Shown here in pieces: positions 30,451 to 41,165 of a DNA stretch of 64,000 bases. Source of the stretch: Alphaproteobacteria bacterium (GTDB taxonomy: Bacteria > Pseudomonadota > Alphaproteobacteria > UBA828); the NCBI GenBank assembly GCA_965214705.1, contig CBDCCI010000001.1, positions 544,001-608,000 on the forward strand, read 5' to 3'. Both the position numbers and the translations under genes were made by a program. The first letter of the stretch is position 1. Every line of letters begins with the position of its first letter. The notes beneath the pieces are model-generated. The model had not been told where the DNA came from. It ran no database searches and worked only from the letters and a program-made list of their open reading frames with translations.

Positions 30451-32041
30451 CTCGCGCGCTCACGGCGCTCCTCAAGAAATCCCCGTCGTAGTCAAGCCAG
30501 ATTCCGGTATGGGGTCTGCGTACCGCTTACGGTGTACCGCTCTTTCTGGACGAGCTTCGGGAGGCGCTGCGCGATGGCAGCTACCGACCGTCGCCCGCCC
30601 GGCGGAAGTGGATTCCGAAGCCGGGCAAGCCGGGGAAGTTCCGACCCCTTGGTATCCCCACCGTTGCTGACCGCGTGGTGCAATGCGCGGTCAAGAACAT
30701 CCTGGAGCCAATTTTCGAGGCGCGTTTCTGGCAGGTCTCCTACGGGTTCAGGCCCGGACGGGGCTGCCATGGCGCACTCGAACATATCCGGCTGACCACT
30801 CGGACTCACAAGTCGAGAACCGATGGGAAGCTTCGCGACCCTCCCTATCAATGGGTGATTGAAGGCGACATCGAGGGCTGCTTCGACAACATCGGCCATC
30901 ACTACCTGATGGAGCGCGTACGGAAATCCGTTGCGGACCGGAAGGTCAACAGGCTGATCGTGCGGTTCCTCAAAGCCGGGGTATTGGAGGACGTCAACTA
31001 CAATCCGACAACCACCGGCACGCCTCAAGGGGGTGTCCTGTCTCCCCTGCTGGCCAACATCGCGCTGAGCGCGATCGAGGAGCGGTACTGGTGGTGGGTG
31101 AGGCACCCGCATGATCCCAATATCCGGACTGACGGAAGGCGGATGGCCGCGACACGGCGATTTCGGGACAGGGAGGCCGGGCGAACGGTCTTCTACCCGG
31201 TCCGATATGCCGACGACTTCCTGATCTTCGTGGCGGGCGGTTACGACGATGCGGCTGCTGAGAAGCAGGCGCTCGCGGACTGGCTGCGCGAGGAGATGGG
31301 GCTGACGCTATCGGAGGAGAAGACGCGGATCACCAGACTGACGGAAGGATTCCGGTTCCTCGGATGCCGGGTTCGTCTCAAAGGGGACGACCATGACGGC
31401 TACATGTGCCGGGTCGAAATCCCGAAGGAGGCGATCAGTGACTTCTGCCGGCGGATCAAGCAAGTGCTGAATCAGCGGACGCGGACGCGCTCGCTGAGAA
31501 GCGTGCTCCAGGAAATCAATCCAATCCTCCGGGGGTGGGGCCACTACTACCGCCACTGCATCGGGGCCAAGCGCATCCTGTCCAGTCTGGACTGGTATGT
31601 GTGGCGACGGCTCTGGCTGTGGATGCGGGGTAAGCACGACGGCGCCTCCCCGCGACGGGTGTACGCTTCTTGGTCGAGGCCGAGCCGGCAGTATCCCGGC
31701 GCTCGGGTCTGGGCCGATGGCGACACTGAGCTGTACCAAATGGGCCGGATTCCGGTCATGCAGTTCAAGCTCAATTGGATGAAAACTCCTGCCTTCACGA
31801 AAGCCTTTGGCGAGCCGGGTGCATAACGAAAGGTGCACGCCCGGTTCTGAGAGAGGGCGCGAGAAACCTGTGGTGCGTGAGGATCACCAGGCGCTCGCGT
31901 CCTACTCTACCGGACCCTTTGTTTCTTTTCCTGCAAGCGCCGTGACACCGTCGAGGCGAGTGGAGGCGCGGTGCCGGTCGCGGGTGAGAGCGAGCCGTTG
32001 GCGGTGCTGCCGATGGCACCGCCGGTGGCGCTCGTCACCGC

Positions 32042-32218
32042 TCACAGCATCGGGTGGGTGTCGAGGAGGTGGCGGGCGACCTCGCGGACGCGATGGCGCT
32101 CGTGCACCCTGACGGGACCGCGGGGGTCTTCGGACAGGTGCACCACGTAGAACACCGCGCCGCGGTTGAGGATGTCGTCCTGGCGATAGACATCCCCGAC
32201 GTAGTCGCCGTCCTGATA
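32042..32218 (-). pseudogene. 3' part of small backbone gene split by the RIT composite
   Basis: YQDGDYVGDVYRQDDIL...HPML* joins MSSDIGFRRVGENEARVYQ (42858-42914) through the repeat CTGATA. Confidence 0.7.
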
Positions 32219-32549
32219 TTACGTTGAGCTCAACGTAATAAATTGGCCTGTATCGGTCGTGCGCAGCAGGACCGATACAGGCATTGAGCTGAGCCGCGCT
32301 GCACGGCCGTAGTGCCGGGCTATGGGGAAAGTAACCGCTGGGTGGGAGCCGATTAGGCCGAAGCGGTGCAACCTGTTGGTGTCGCTGGCGGCGCCGGCAC
32401 TCTGAATCTCCACTTATCAGGTTGCGACGCGGCTGTGCAGGGGCTCGCGACGATGTTTCGCCGCCGGGCAGCACGAAGCGGGCGCAGGAGCGGTCGCGGC
32501 GCGGCGGCCGGGGGGACTGTTGTCGGACCTTGTCGGTTCTGACGCATCG

Positions 32550-33770
32550 TCACGGCGGTCGGGTATTCGTCGCCCGCATGGCTGCTTGGGGCTGCGGCTC
32601 AAGAATGACGGTTTGCCGCAGCGTTGCCTCGCCGCACTGGCGGCACACGGTGATGTCGATCCCCGTCAGTCGCAGCATCATCTGCTGCGTCGTTTCCGGC
32701 TCCCGCGGTTCAGGGGCAGGCTGGCCGAGCAGGTCTCGGCAGCGGGCGAGCTTGCGAGCCCGGCAGCGATTGGCGAGCAAGCCGTAGTGGCGCAGGCGGG
32801 TGAAGCCGCGCGGGAGGACGTGCAGGAGGAAGCGGCGGATGAACTCGTCGACGTCGAGACGCATCACCTTGACCTTGTTGCCGTCAGCGTAGTCGCGCCA
32901 ACGGAAGCGAACGTGCTCGCCGTCGAAGTCGACGAGGCGATGATTGGCGATGGCAGCCTTGTGGGTGTAGCGCCCGAGATAGGCCAGAACGTGCCCGGCG
33001 CCGGCGAACGGGGCCTTGGTGTAGACCACCCAGTCGTTCGACCGCAGCGCGGTCTTCAGACACTCGAACTCGCGGCTGTCGTCACCACCGCCGACGACCT
33101 TGAGCCGGAGTTCGCCGTCGCGGTGCGCGGCGCCGAGGAAGTCGAGATACTTGCCGCGGAAGACCTTCGAGAGCGCGACCGTGGGGAACAGGAAGCCCTT
33201 GCGCGCGGGAGTGAGCCAGCGCTCTCTGTCCGGGCTCAGACCGCCGTCGGTGACGATACAGTGGACATGGATGTGCTGTCCCAGATTCTGCCCCCAAGTG
33301 TGCAGCACCATGGTGATGCCGAGCTCGCCGCCGAGCCAGCGGGGATTGCGGCCGAACTCGAGCAGGGTCTGGGAGGCGGCCTTGAAGAGCAGCCTGTAGA
33401 TGAGCGCGGTATTGCCCTGGGCCACGGGGTTGAGCTCGTGGGGCAGGGTGAACACGACATGCCAGTAGTCGATGTCGAGCAGATCGGCGCACTGACGCTC
33501 AACCCACCTGGTCTGCGAGAGGGTCTGGCACTTGGGGCAATGACGGTTCCGGCACGAGGCGTACTGGATCGTCACCGCCCCGCAGTGATCGCATTCTGCC
33601 TTGAACCCGCCGAGCACAGCGGTGCGGCAGTTCACCAGCGCGTCGACGACCCTCTGCTGCTGGGCCGAGAGCAGATGTGTCTCGCCATAGGCGTCGCCGC
33701 GCTCGCGCAGGATGTCCGCGACCTCCAGCGCCGGCCGTGTGGCTGGCGCCGCGTGGCCGACATGAGCCAC
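32550..33770 (-). CDS. tnp: IS91-family (Y2) transposase
   Basis: CRTAVLGG, SCRNRHCPKCQ, HVVFTLP, LHTWG...HIHVHC, YLGRYTH and FIRRFLLHVLP. Confidence 0.93.
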   Translation of the reverse strand: MAHVGHAAPATRPALEVADILRERGDAYGETHLLSAQQQRVVDALVNCRTAVLGGFKAECDHCGAVTIQYASCRNRHCPKCQTLSQTRWVERQCADLLDIDYWHVVFTLPHELNPVAQGNTALIYRLLFKAASQTLLEFGRNPRWLGGELGITMVLHTWGQNLGQHIHVHCIVTDGGLSPDRERWLTPARKGFLFPTVALSKVFRGKYLDFLGAAHRDGELRLKVVGGGDDSREFECLKTALRSNDWVVYTKAPFAGAGHVLAYLGRYTHKAAIANHRLVDFDGEHVRFRWRDYADGNKVKVMRLDVDEFIRRFLLHVLPRGFTRLRHYGLLANRCRARKLARCRDLLGQPAPEPREPETTQQMMLRLTGIDITVCRQCGEATLRQTVILEPQPQAAMRATNTRPP

Positions 33771-33773
33771 CGG

Positions 33774-34628
33774 TCAGGCCTGGGCAGGACGCGGAAACTC
33801 CAGCAGGTCCAGGGGCGACGGCGTGGCGGACGTCTTGTCGTGAGCAAGGTGAAGGTAGCGCATGGTCGAGCGGATTGAGGTGTGCCCGAGGCGGCGTTGG
33901 ATGACATGCAGCTCGACGCCGGCCTCGAGGAGCCCGGTGGCGTAGCAATGGCGCAGCGTGTGGATCCCGCCGGGCTTGGCGATCCCGGCTTTGTCCTTGG
34001 CTCGATCGTAAACGTGTGCTGGCCCATGGCGCGTCATCGGCCGGCCGGGAATCCGACCGGGGAACAGCCAGTGCTCGGGCCGTACCCGCTGCCAGTACTC
34101 GCGCAGCTCGTCGAGCAGCCGGGGCGAGAGCGGGACGTAGCGGTCCTTGTTGCCCTTGCCCTGATCGACGCGCAGGCACATCCGCTGTGAGTCGATATCG
34201 CTGATCTGCAACCGGCCGAGCTCGCTCGCCCGAAGCCCCGCTGCATAGGCCGTCATCAGCAAGGCGCGGTGCTTGCGGTTGATGGTGACGCTGAACAGCC
34301 GCACCAGTTCGTCTTGGTTGAGCAGTACGGGCAGGGTGGAAGGCGTCTTGGCGAAGGGCAGATAGAAGTGCGGCTCGGGCAAGCCCAGCGTGATGCGATA
34401 GAGGAAGCGGATCCCTTGGCGAGCGCTGTTGCAGCTCTGCCAAGCCAGCCCCCGCTCTTCGTGAAGAAAGATGAGGTACTCCTGGACTTCCTCCGCTGAG
34501 ATGTGCTCGGGGCTGCGACCGTAGTGAACCGCGAGCCCGGAGACCGAGTTGAGGTAGGACTTCCTGGTGTTCTCGGCGAAGCCGCGAACCGTCATGTCGT
34601 TGATCATGCGCTGGCGAAGTGCCGTCAT
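33774..34628 (-). CDS. Tyrosine recombinase partner of IS91-like transposase
   Basis: MTALRQRMINDM, AAGLRASE, GKGNKDR, HTLRHCYAT and LGH...MRY. Confidence 0.92.
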   Translation of the reverse strand: MTALRQRMINDMTVRGFAENTRKSYLNSVSGLAVHYGRSPEHISAEEVQEYLIFLHEERGLAWQSCNSARQGIRFLYRITLGLPEPHFYLPFAKTPSTLPVLLNQDELVRLFSVTINRKHRALLMTAYAAGLRASELGRLQISDIDSQRMCLRVDQGKGNKDRYVPLSPRLLDELREYWQRVRPEHWLFPGRIPGRPMTRHGPAHVYDRAKDKAGIAKPGGIHTLRHCYATGLLEAGVELHVIQRRLGHTSIRSTMRYLHLAHDKTSATPSPLDLLEFPRPAQA

Positions 34629-34851
34629 GGGGCGTCTCCCTCTGGGTTTGGTCTGTCACGAAGACACGCCCATGCTCTTGCTCGCCGGCTTGGCGGTCGA
34701 CGACCATCGATCAACGAGGGAGAAACAGGATTCGACCCTGCGCCCAGACGCTGGAGCGAACGGCCACACTCAACTTACGCGCGGCAAGGAGATCACTCTG
34801 GGCACCCGGCGGCCGAGGCGCCCCGCCGCGGAACGCGGCTCAGTTCAGTAC

Positions 34852-34936
34852 CAGTTATGTCGAGAGAGTTTTTATGGGCAGCTGAGCCGCTCCGGTCCTG
34901 CAGGAACAAGCCGCAGGACCGGATTCGCTCAACATT
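34852..34936. repeat. 85-bp inverted repeat, left of RIT
   Basis: Reverse complement of 42776-42860. Confidence 0.92.
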
Positions 34937-34937
34937 T

Positions 34938-35939
34938 CTACGCGGCGCGTGCGTCGTGCAGAATGGCCATCAGACGATCAGGCGCGTCCGTAAAGGCGCC
35001 CTTTCTGATCGAGGGAGGAACTCCTCGAGCAAGGATCTCAAGCTTCCCGATGGGATCGCTACGCAGGTATATCTCCGTACTGCGGATGCTGGCGTGCCCC
35101 AGCCAGAGAGACACCTTTCGAATGTCCCTTGTGACCTCGTAGGTATGGAGGCCACACGCGTGCCTCAACACGTGCGGCGTGATCCGCTTGCTCGCCAATG
35201 ACGGCATCGTCTTGCGAGCGGTCGCGGCGTGCAGCGCCAAGCGATGGGCGAACCCATGGCGGCTTATCGGGGCGCACCTGGCATTGAGGAAGACGTGGTC
35301 GTCCTCCACGGCTGGCCGGATGGCAAGCCAGTCGCGGAGAACCGCACTGGTTTCCTTCCACAGCGGGAGCGTGCGCTTCCTTCGACCCTTCCCCGTCACC
35401 CGCACCGTATCGGCGTGCGGATGCCCGAGGTCGCCGACCATGACCCCGACCAGTTCCGAGACCCGAAGCCCGGCGCAGTAGGCCAGGTGCAGCATTGCCC
35501 GATCGCGCAAACCAGCTGCGGTTTTGGGGTCCGGTGCGTCAAGCAATGCCTGCACTTCATCGTGGTCGAGGCAGTCGATGACCGTTTGGTCATGACGCTT
35601 CATCGGGATGGCGCTGATCTGTTGAGCCACATCGAGACAGGCCGGTAAACGGTACTCGAGGTATCGGAAGAACGACTTGATCGCGGCAAGGCGCACGTTC
35701 CGCGTGGGGACCGTGTTCCCCCGGTCTCTCTCCAGATGATCGAGGAAGTCGAGAACCAGCTCGCTCGAGAGGTGCTCGATCGTGATCGCGCTGGGGCGGA
35801 TGCCGAGCCGATCTGCCGCGAAGCGGCTCAACAGCACGAAGCTGTCGGTGTAGCTGCCGACAGTATGCCGGCTGGCGTTGCGCTCCTGGGGCATATGGTG
35901 CCGTAGGAACATGCTGATATGGGGAGCTAATTCGGTCAT
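34938..35939 (-). CDS. ritC: RIT recombinase C
   Basis: TRNVRLAAIKSFFRY, GLRVSEL, GKGRRKR, PHVLRH and WLGH...EIY. Confidence 0.88.
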   Translation of the reverse strand: MTELAPHISMFLRHHMPQERNASRHTVGSYTDSFVLLSRFAADRLGIRPSAITIEHLSSELVLDFLDHLERDRGNTVPTRNVRLAAIKSFFRYLEYRLPACLDVAQQISAIPMKRHDQTVIDCLDHDEVQALLDAPDPKTAAGLRDRAMLHLAYCAGLRVSELVGVMVGDLGHPHADTVRVTGKGRRKRTLPLWKETSAVLRDWLAIRPAVEDDHVFLNARCAPISRHGFAHRLALHAATARKTMPSLASKRITPHVLRHACGLHTYEVTRDIRKVSLWLGHASIRSTEIYLRSDPIGKLEILARGVPPSIRKGAFTDAPDRLMAILHDARAA

Positions 35940-38096
35940 GGCCTCATCCTCTGCGTCCGTGCGTTTTCCGTCTCCCAGGCAATCTGCTTCAGCAAGGTCG
36001 GCGTCGCCTCGAGGTACCAATAGGTCGAGGTAACGGAGGAGTGGCCGAGGTAGGTCGAGAGCGCGAGCATGTGCCGGCTGACCTGGTCTCGATCGGTTGC
36101 GATTGCCTGCTCAAGCGACGTGACGGAGAAGCGATGCCTCAAGTCGTGAAGCCTGACACCCGGCTCACCGGGACCGCCGCGTAGTCCTGTGGCACGGGCC
36201 AGCTTCACGAACATCGTGGTCAAAGTGGCCTTGTTGAGGGGTTTGCCGTTCGACAGAACGAACAACGCGTCGCTCGTGCCGCCGAGCTGCTTGCGGATCT
36301 CCAGATAGGCCGCGAGTGCATCACACGAGTTCGGATGCAGCGGAACGAGTCGAGACTTCCTGAACTTGGTTTCTCGAATGACGAGCCCGTCGGAGGTGAT
36401 GTCCGAGAAGCGCAGTCCACAGACTTCGGAGCGCCGCAAACCGGTTACAGCCACCAAGCCGATCACACAGTACAAGGTGTGCGGCGTGATCGAACCGGCC
36501 GGCGGAAGGCGCAGGGCGGCTTCCATCAGCCGTTTCACCTCAGCCTCACCCAACAGGCGCGGTGTACGCCTCTGCACCTTCGCGCGGCCAAGCGCGTCTA
36601 TGTGTGGAATCTCGTGACGGTCATCTTCACTGTGCAGCCATAGGGCGAACTGCCGGAGTTGCCTCAGACGTTTCCGAGCTCTCCCGGGGGATGGCGTGTC
36701 GGAGGCAAAACGAATCATCGTTTCGGCCCGGACAAGGTTAAGGGTTGGGCAGGCTCTCTCTCGAGAGCCTGCCCAACCCTTTTGAACGAAGCCGCGGGCC
36801 ACGAGAGGCGAAGTTGAGCTATGTGGAAAGTGCGCTGATGTCAGCGTCAGGCGGCATCCACCGGCAGCAGAGTTGCGCATAAAATCGACGCTCGCGCCGG
36901 TCTTTCGGCAGGCATGCGGGCGCACGCTGCGAGGACTGAGCGGGGTGTGAGCCGAGGGCTGTCAGCCCGGCTCAAGCGGAGACAGGTTCGGTCGTGCGTC
37001 GGCGCTTTGGCGCCGTTGCGCGGGGCCGAAGCGAGCGGGCGTCTCACGGTTTCCCCCTGTGGGTCGGCGGCAGCGCCGGCGGGCCGCGCGTCGAGCGGGG
37101 CTCATGGCGGCGGCGGATTTCGCGGACGAGGCGCATGACGCCGCCGCAGTGGGGGCAGGCCACGGGCGCGGTGCCGATCTCGGGCTCTTCGTCGGGCTCG
37201 GCCTGAGCGCCGTCCACGCTTCCCTCGGGGGCGGCGCAGCCGAGGGCGCCGAGAGCCTGGCGTGCTCTCTCCAGCGTGCTGGCGCGGCAGCCGTTGGCGA
37301 GGATGCCGAAGTAGCGAATGCGGTGCATGCCGTCCGGCAGGACGTGCCTCAGGAAGCGGCGGATGAACTCGTCGGCGCTCACGGTGGCGATGCCGTAGCG
37401 CGGCTTTCTCTGCCCCGGCGCCTTGGGCTTTCGGTGGCGGAAGGAGACCGTCTCGCCGTCGAAGGAGACGATGCGGCTGTCGGAGATGGCGATCCTGTGC
37501 GTGTAGTGCGAGAGGTACCGGAAGACCTGCTCAGGCCCGCGGAAGGGCCGCTTGGCGTAGACCACCCAGTCCCTGGCCCGGGCGGCGGCAAGCGTGGCGT
37601 GGAACTCGCCGGGATTGGCGAGGTGGGCGAGGGTGCCGTGGAACTCCAGGTCCCCCCGGCCGTGGGCGCGGGCGAGCTCCTTGAGGAAGAGGCGGCGGAA
37701 CAGGCTGCCGAGGACCTTGACGGGGGCGAGGAAGGTGGTGCTCCCCGTCTTCCACTCGCCACTGTCTACGTCGAAGCCCGCGTTGGGCACGACCACGTGC
37801 AGGTGCGGGTGGAAGCGGAGCTTCTGATCCCAGGTATGGAGGACCGCGGTGCCGCCGATGCGCATGCCGCCGTGGCGGGGATCGGCGGCGATGGTGCGCA
37901 GGGTCTCGGCGACGGCCCGGAAGAGGATGTCGAACACCACCCTGCGGTTGCAGAAGGCAATGGCGGCAACCTCCTTGGGCAGGGTGAAGACCACATGGAA
38001 GTAGGGCACCGGCAGGATGTCCCCGGCGCGCTCCTCGCTCCAGAGGTTGGCGGCGAGACCCTGGCAGGTGGGGCAGTGGCGGTTGCGGCAGGAGTT

Positions 38097-39746
38097 CTTA
38101 TGAGCTCTCTCCGCAAGGCCCGGCTTCATCTACGTCAATGGCATTCGCAATCTCTCCACTCGAATCCGCGGCCGATGTCCAGGCAGAACGTCGTTTCCAC
38201 GCAGCGATCCGCCACGCTGCTCAGCTCTTATCCGGTTCGGAACTCCGGCGCTTGCCGGCTCCGTGACCCCAATACCGCATCCAAGCGGTGGTGACGTTCC
38301 GGGAGGCGGGACCCATCTGTAGAACGGTGCCAAGCGGCGACCCAACTCTTGCCCGGTCACACGCCTTGCCCGGCATCCTCCGCGGCCGCGTCCGACCACG
38401 TCGGAACCTCCTGTATTTTCCCGTTCGTTCGGCCGGTGCCCTCAGGAGACGATGGCGCCCTCAGGCACCAGTCCTTGGGTGGCATAGCGCCACAGCGCGA
38501 TCAGCAGCTTGCGCGCGACCCCCACGATCGCCCGCTTCCTCGCTCGCCGGTCCCTCCCGCCACCGGCATCCCTGGCGACGTAGGCGTGGAACCACTTCGT
38601 GATCGCGCTTTCCGGTTGCAGCTTCAGCCAGCGCCAAGCCATCTGGATCATGTGCTTCCTGACATGCGAGGGGCCGGCCTTGCTGATGCCAAGATCGTGG
38701 TCGACATCTCCGCTCGCCCACGGCACCGACGTCAACCCGGCCCAGCTGCCCAACTCCCGGCGATTGCGGAAGTCCCGATAGAACACCTCGCCAGCCAGCA
38801 GTGTGGCGTCATTGAGGCCGATGCCATGGATGCGCGTAAGCGCCGCGATCATCGCCGTCCCGTCACGATTGGTCGCGTCCTGGGCTTTCCGGCCAGCCTT
38901 CAGCAGGGCCCTCTTCTCGGCCTCGATCATCTCGATATGCTCCTCAACCAGGCGAAGCATCCCCACCGCCCTCTCAATCTCTGCCCGCGCACGCGGCGGC
39001 AACGGCGCCCCATAGCCCGTCCGCGCGGTCGCGAGGCGTTCGAGGAAGTCCGGCTTGCGCGGCGCCAGATCGAAGATGCCGTGCAACTGCAAGAGCCCTT
39101 TGATCCGGTTGTTGACGCGGGTACGCTCGCTGATCAGCGTGTCCCTCTCGCGCAGCAGGCGCTTGGCATCCTCCTGGTCCACATCGGGCACGCGCACCCA
39201 GGACATGGCCTCCGAATCGCCTTGGTCCCATGCCTTCAGAGCCCGAACCATCCTCCTCGCGTCGATACGGTCGGTCTTTTTCTTCTTGGCGCGCCGGTTC
39301 ACCCGCAGGCTCGCCGGATCGTTCATGAAGATATCGATCTCCGCGTCACGGCGCTCGATATCGCGGGCAAGCCAGAACCCCTCGTAGCCCGCCTCGTAGG
39401 TCAGCATCACCCGAGGACGGGCGCCGAGCTCCCTCGCCACCCGTTCCCGCACCGACCCGACGAGATCCAACAGTCCCGCCGTGTCGGCAGCAGCCAGTGT
39501 GTGGATGCTGATGCTGCCACCCGAGGCATCCGGGCAATGCACGCCAACGATCCACGATTTGAGGCTGATCTCCACCGCGACATAAATCGTGCTACTACTT
39601 GCGCCTGTCAGCGCGGTCGTGTCTGGACCATCCGACATCCGTCCACTCCGTTGTTGACGATTCCGCTCGGAGAGAAGGTGCTGGCCTTCTCTCCGAGCTT
39701 GTCTAACCGCCAGAATCGATTCGGTGCCACCGTGCTCATGGTATCT
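38097..39746 (-). mobile_element. IS110-family, IS1111-type element
   Basis: No target duplication. Sub-terminal IR ATGAGC lies 7 bp from the left end and 3 bp from the right end. A 345-bp non-coding region lies downstream of the transposase. Confidence 0.82.
38442..39638 (-). CDS. tnp: IS110-family transposase/recombinase
   Basis: YVAVEIS, TYEAG, KTDRIDA, GLTSVPWASG, ISKAG and VARKL. Confidence 0.9.
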   Translation of the reverse strand: MSDGPDTTALTGASSSTIYVAVEISLKSWIVGVHCPDASGGSISIHTLAAADTAGLLDLVGSVRERVARELGARPRVMLTYEAGYEGFWLARDIERRDAEIDIFMNDPASLRVNRRAKKKKTDRIDARRMVRALKAWDQGDSEAMSWVRVPDVDQEDAKRLLRERDTLISERTRVNNRIKGLLQLHGIFDLAPRKPDFLERLATARTGYGAPLPPRARAEIERAVGMLRLVEEHIEMIEAEKRALLKAGRKAQDATNRDGTAMIAALTRIHGIGLNDATLLAGEVFYRDFRNRRELGSWAGLTSVPWASGDVDHDLGISKAGPSHVRKHMIQMAWRWLKLQPESAITKWFHAYVARDAGGGRDRRARKRAIVGVARKLLIALWRYATQGLVPEGAIVS

Positions 39747-39941
39747 GAAGAGCGGATGCTCGCGCCCGCAGCCCTCGCAGGCGTACATGTGGCCGCCGAG
39801 CACGGCGGTGCGGCACGCCTCGATGGCGCCCATGACCTTGAGCCGGGCGGCGTCGATGCGCCCTTTGTGGCGCTCACGGAAAGCGGCGCCGGCGCGGCGG
39901 AAGATCTCCGCCACGCCCGCGCGTTCGGCCTCCACGCGCCG

Positions 39942-40820
39942 TCAGTTGCGCAACGCTGCGAAGCCTGAGATCGGGTGGTCGAGGCCCTCGAACATCTTGC
40001 CGGTGACGCGGGCGTAGTGACGGGTCGTGTTCGCGCTTCGATGGCCGAGCATGTCCCGGATCACCTCGATATCGCCGCCGCGCTCGAGGAGATGGGTCGC
40101 CGCCGAATGGCGCAGGCAATGGAAGGTGTAGCTGCGGTCGAGCTCGGCAATGTCGCGCGCCCTCCTGAAGGCGGCCTGCAAGGTCTCCGTTGCGATGGGC
40201 CTGTCGAGCGAGACGCCGTAGAAGAGCCAGTTCGTCGGACGCGGCCAGATGTTCCTGTAGTAGACGCGCAAGTAGTGGATGACGATGTCCGGCAACGGTG
40301 CCATTCTCTCGGTGCCGCCTTTGCCGGAGGGGATGTGCAGCAGCTTCTTCTCCGACAGGATGTCGCCGACCTTGATGGCCAAGGTCTCGGAGATGCGGAG
40401 CCCGCCGCCATAGCCGGTGACAATGGCAGCACGGTGGCGGAGGTCGGGTGTCGCAAGGATGAGGTGCTCGACCTCCTGCTCCGACATGTAGCGCGGCAGC
40501 TTGCCGGGCTTCTTGCGGGAGCGCAGGCCGGCGACATGGTCAGGCCAGCCGAGTGTGTCGATGTAGAGGAAGTTCAGCGCGGCGAAGGAGACGTTGGTCG
40601 TGCCCGGACTGAGCCCCTTGTCGATCCGCCCCAGGTACCACTGGCGCACCTGCTCGGCGTCGAGCTCGTCCGGCGAGGCGTCGTAGTACCTGGCCAGGTT
40701 CTTGATCTCGCAGATGTAGGCCTTGGACGTGCTCGCGGCCAGATTGGCGATGCGGAGCTGCTCCTCCATGCGCTGGCGAAGAGGGGTGACGGTGTTCGTG
40801 TCGCACGCGGTCCCGGTCAT
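39942..40820 (-). CDS. Tyrosine recombinase partner of IS91-like transposase 2
   Basis: TPLRQRM, GLRISE, GKGGTER, HCLRHSAATHLLE and LGH...RHY. Confidence 0.9.
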   Translation of the reverse strand: MTGTACDTNTVTPLRQRMEEQLRIANLAASTSKAYICEIKNLARYYDASPDELDAEQVRQWYLGRIDKGLSPGTTNVSFAALNFLYIDTLGWPDHVAGLRSRKKPGKLPRYMSEQEVEHLILATPDLRHRAAIVTGYGGGLRISETLAIKVGDILSEKKLLHIPSGKGGTERMAPLPDIVIHYLRVYYRNIWPRPTNWLFYGVSLDRPIATETLQAAFRRARDIAELDRSYTFHCLRHSAATHLLERGGDIEVIRDMLGHRSANTTRHYARVTGKMFEGLDHPISGFAALRN

Positions 40821-41165
40821 TATCGATCTCCCTGGATCGCGACGGCGCGCCGCCGGACCGATCCGGCGACGGTCCGTCGCAGGGGTCGATGCTAACCACT
40901 GGTGATCGGGAGGCTGCTGGGGATCCGCCACCCGACGGGCGGAGCGCCACTGACGCAACCGGGAAGCGAACGCACAGAACAAACGGCACCCGCGACGCCT
41001 CGGAAATGAATGAACTCTACGCCGCTAACTCCGCGTAGCGGCTTCGTTCAAAGTCCTCTCCGAGCGCCATCGCGTTATCTGCCCACGCGAGCAGCAGGCG
41101 TTCTTCGTTCTCGTACCGGCAGCCAAGATGTCGTTTGAGGGCGACGAAACGGCCAACATGCTTCT

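Larger units (their letters stand above)
27779..30530 (+). mobile_element. IS66-family insertion sequence
   Basis: IRs GTAAGCGGTA and 8-bp duplication GGTGTACC (27771-27778, 30531-30538). Confidence 0.95.
27546..31826 (+). pseudogene. ltrA: Group II intron reverse transcriptase/maturase split by IS66
   Basis: NKGRRTPGVDG...GGVP rejoins LFLDELRE...RPLGIPTVADRVVQ. Also SYGFRPGR, GTPQGGVLSPLLANI and RYADD. Confidence 0.9.
26930..31910 (+). ncRNA. Group II intron (interrupted by IS66)
   Basis: 5' GTGCG at 26930 (best candidate). Domain V GAGCCGGGTGCATAACGAAAGGTGCACGCCCGGTTC follows the RT stop region, and domain VI ends CCTACTCTAC at 31910. Confidence 0.8.
32246..34848 (-). mobile_element. IS91-like element 1 (tyrosine recombinase + HUH Y2 transposase)
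   Basis: Two-gene unit with inverted ends TTGAGCTGAGCCGCG / CTGAACTGAGCCGCG and a 13-bp-stem hairpin at 32246-32282. Confidence 0.75.
37044..39935 (-). pseudogene. IS91-family transposase split by IS1111
   Basis: ...CEGCGREHPLF joins NSCRNRHCPTCQ... after removing 38097-39746. Also HPHLHV and YLSHYTH. Confidence 0.88.
36736..41051 (-). mobile_element. IS91-like element 2 (recombinase + Y2 transposase)
   Basis: Inverted TTGAACGAAGCCGC at 36782 and 41051, and an 18-bp perfect-stem hairpin at 36741-36780. Removal restores ritB. Confidence 0.8.

Noticed and set aside
36736-36787. Integron attC site
   Set aside because: The perfect stem lacks extrahelical bases, no IntI is present, and it maps as the end of the IS91-like element.
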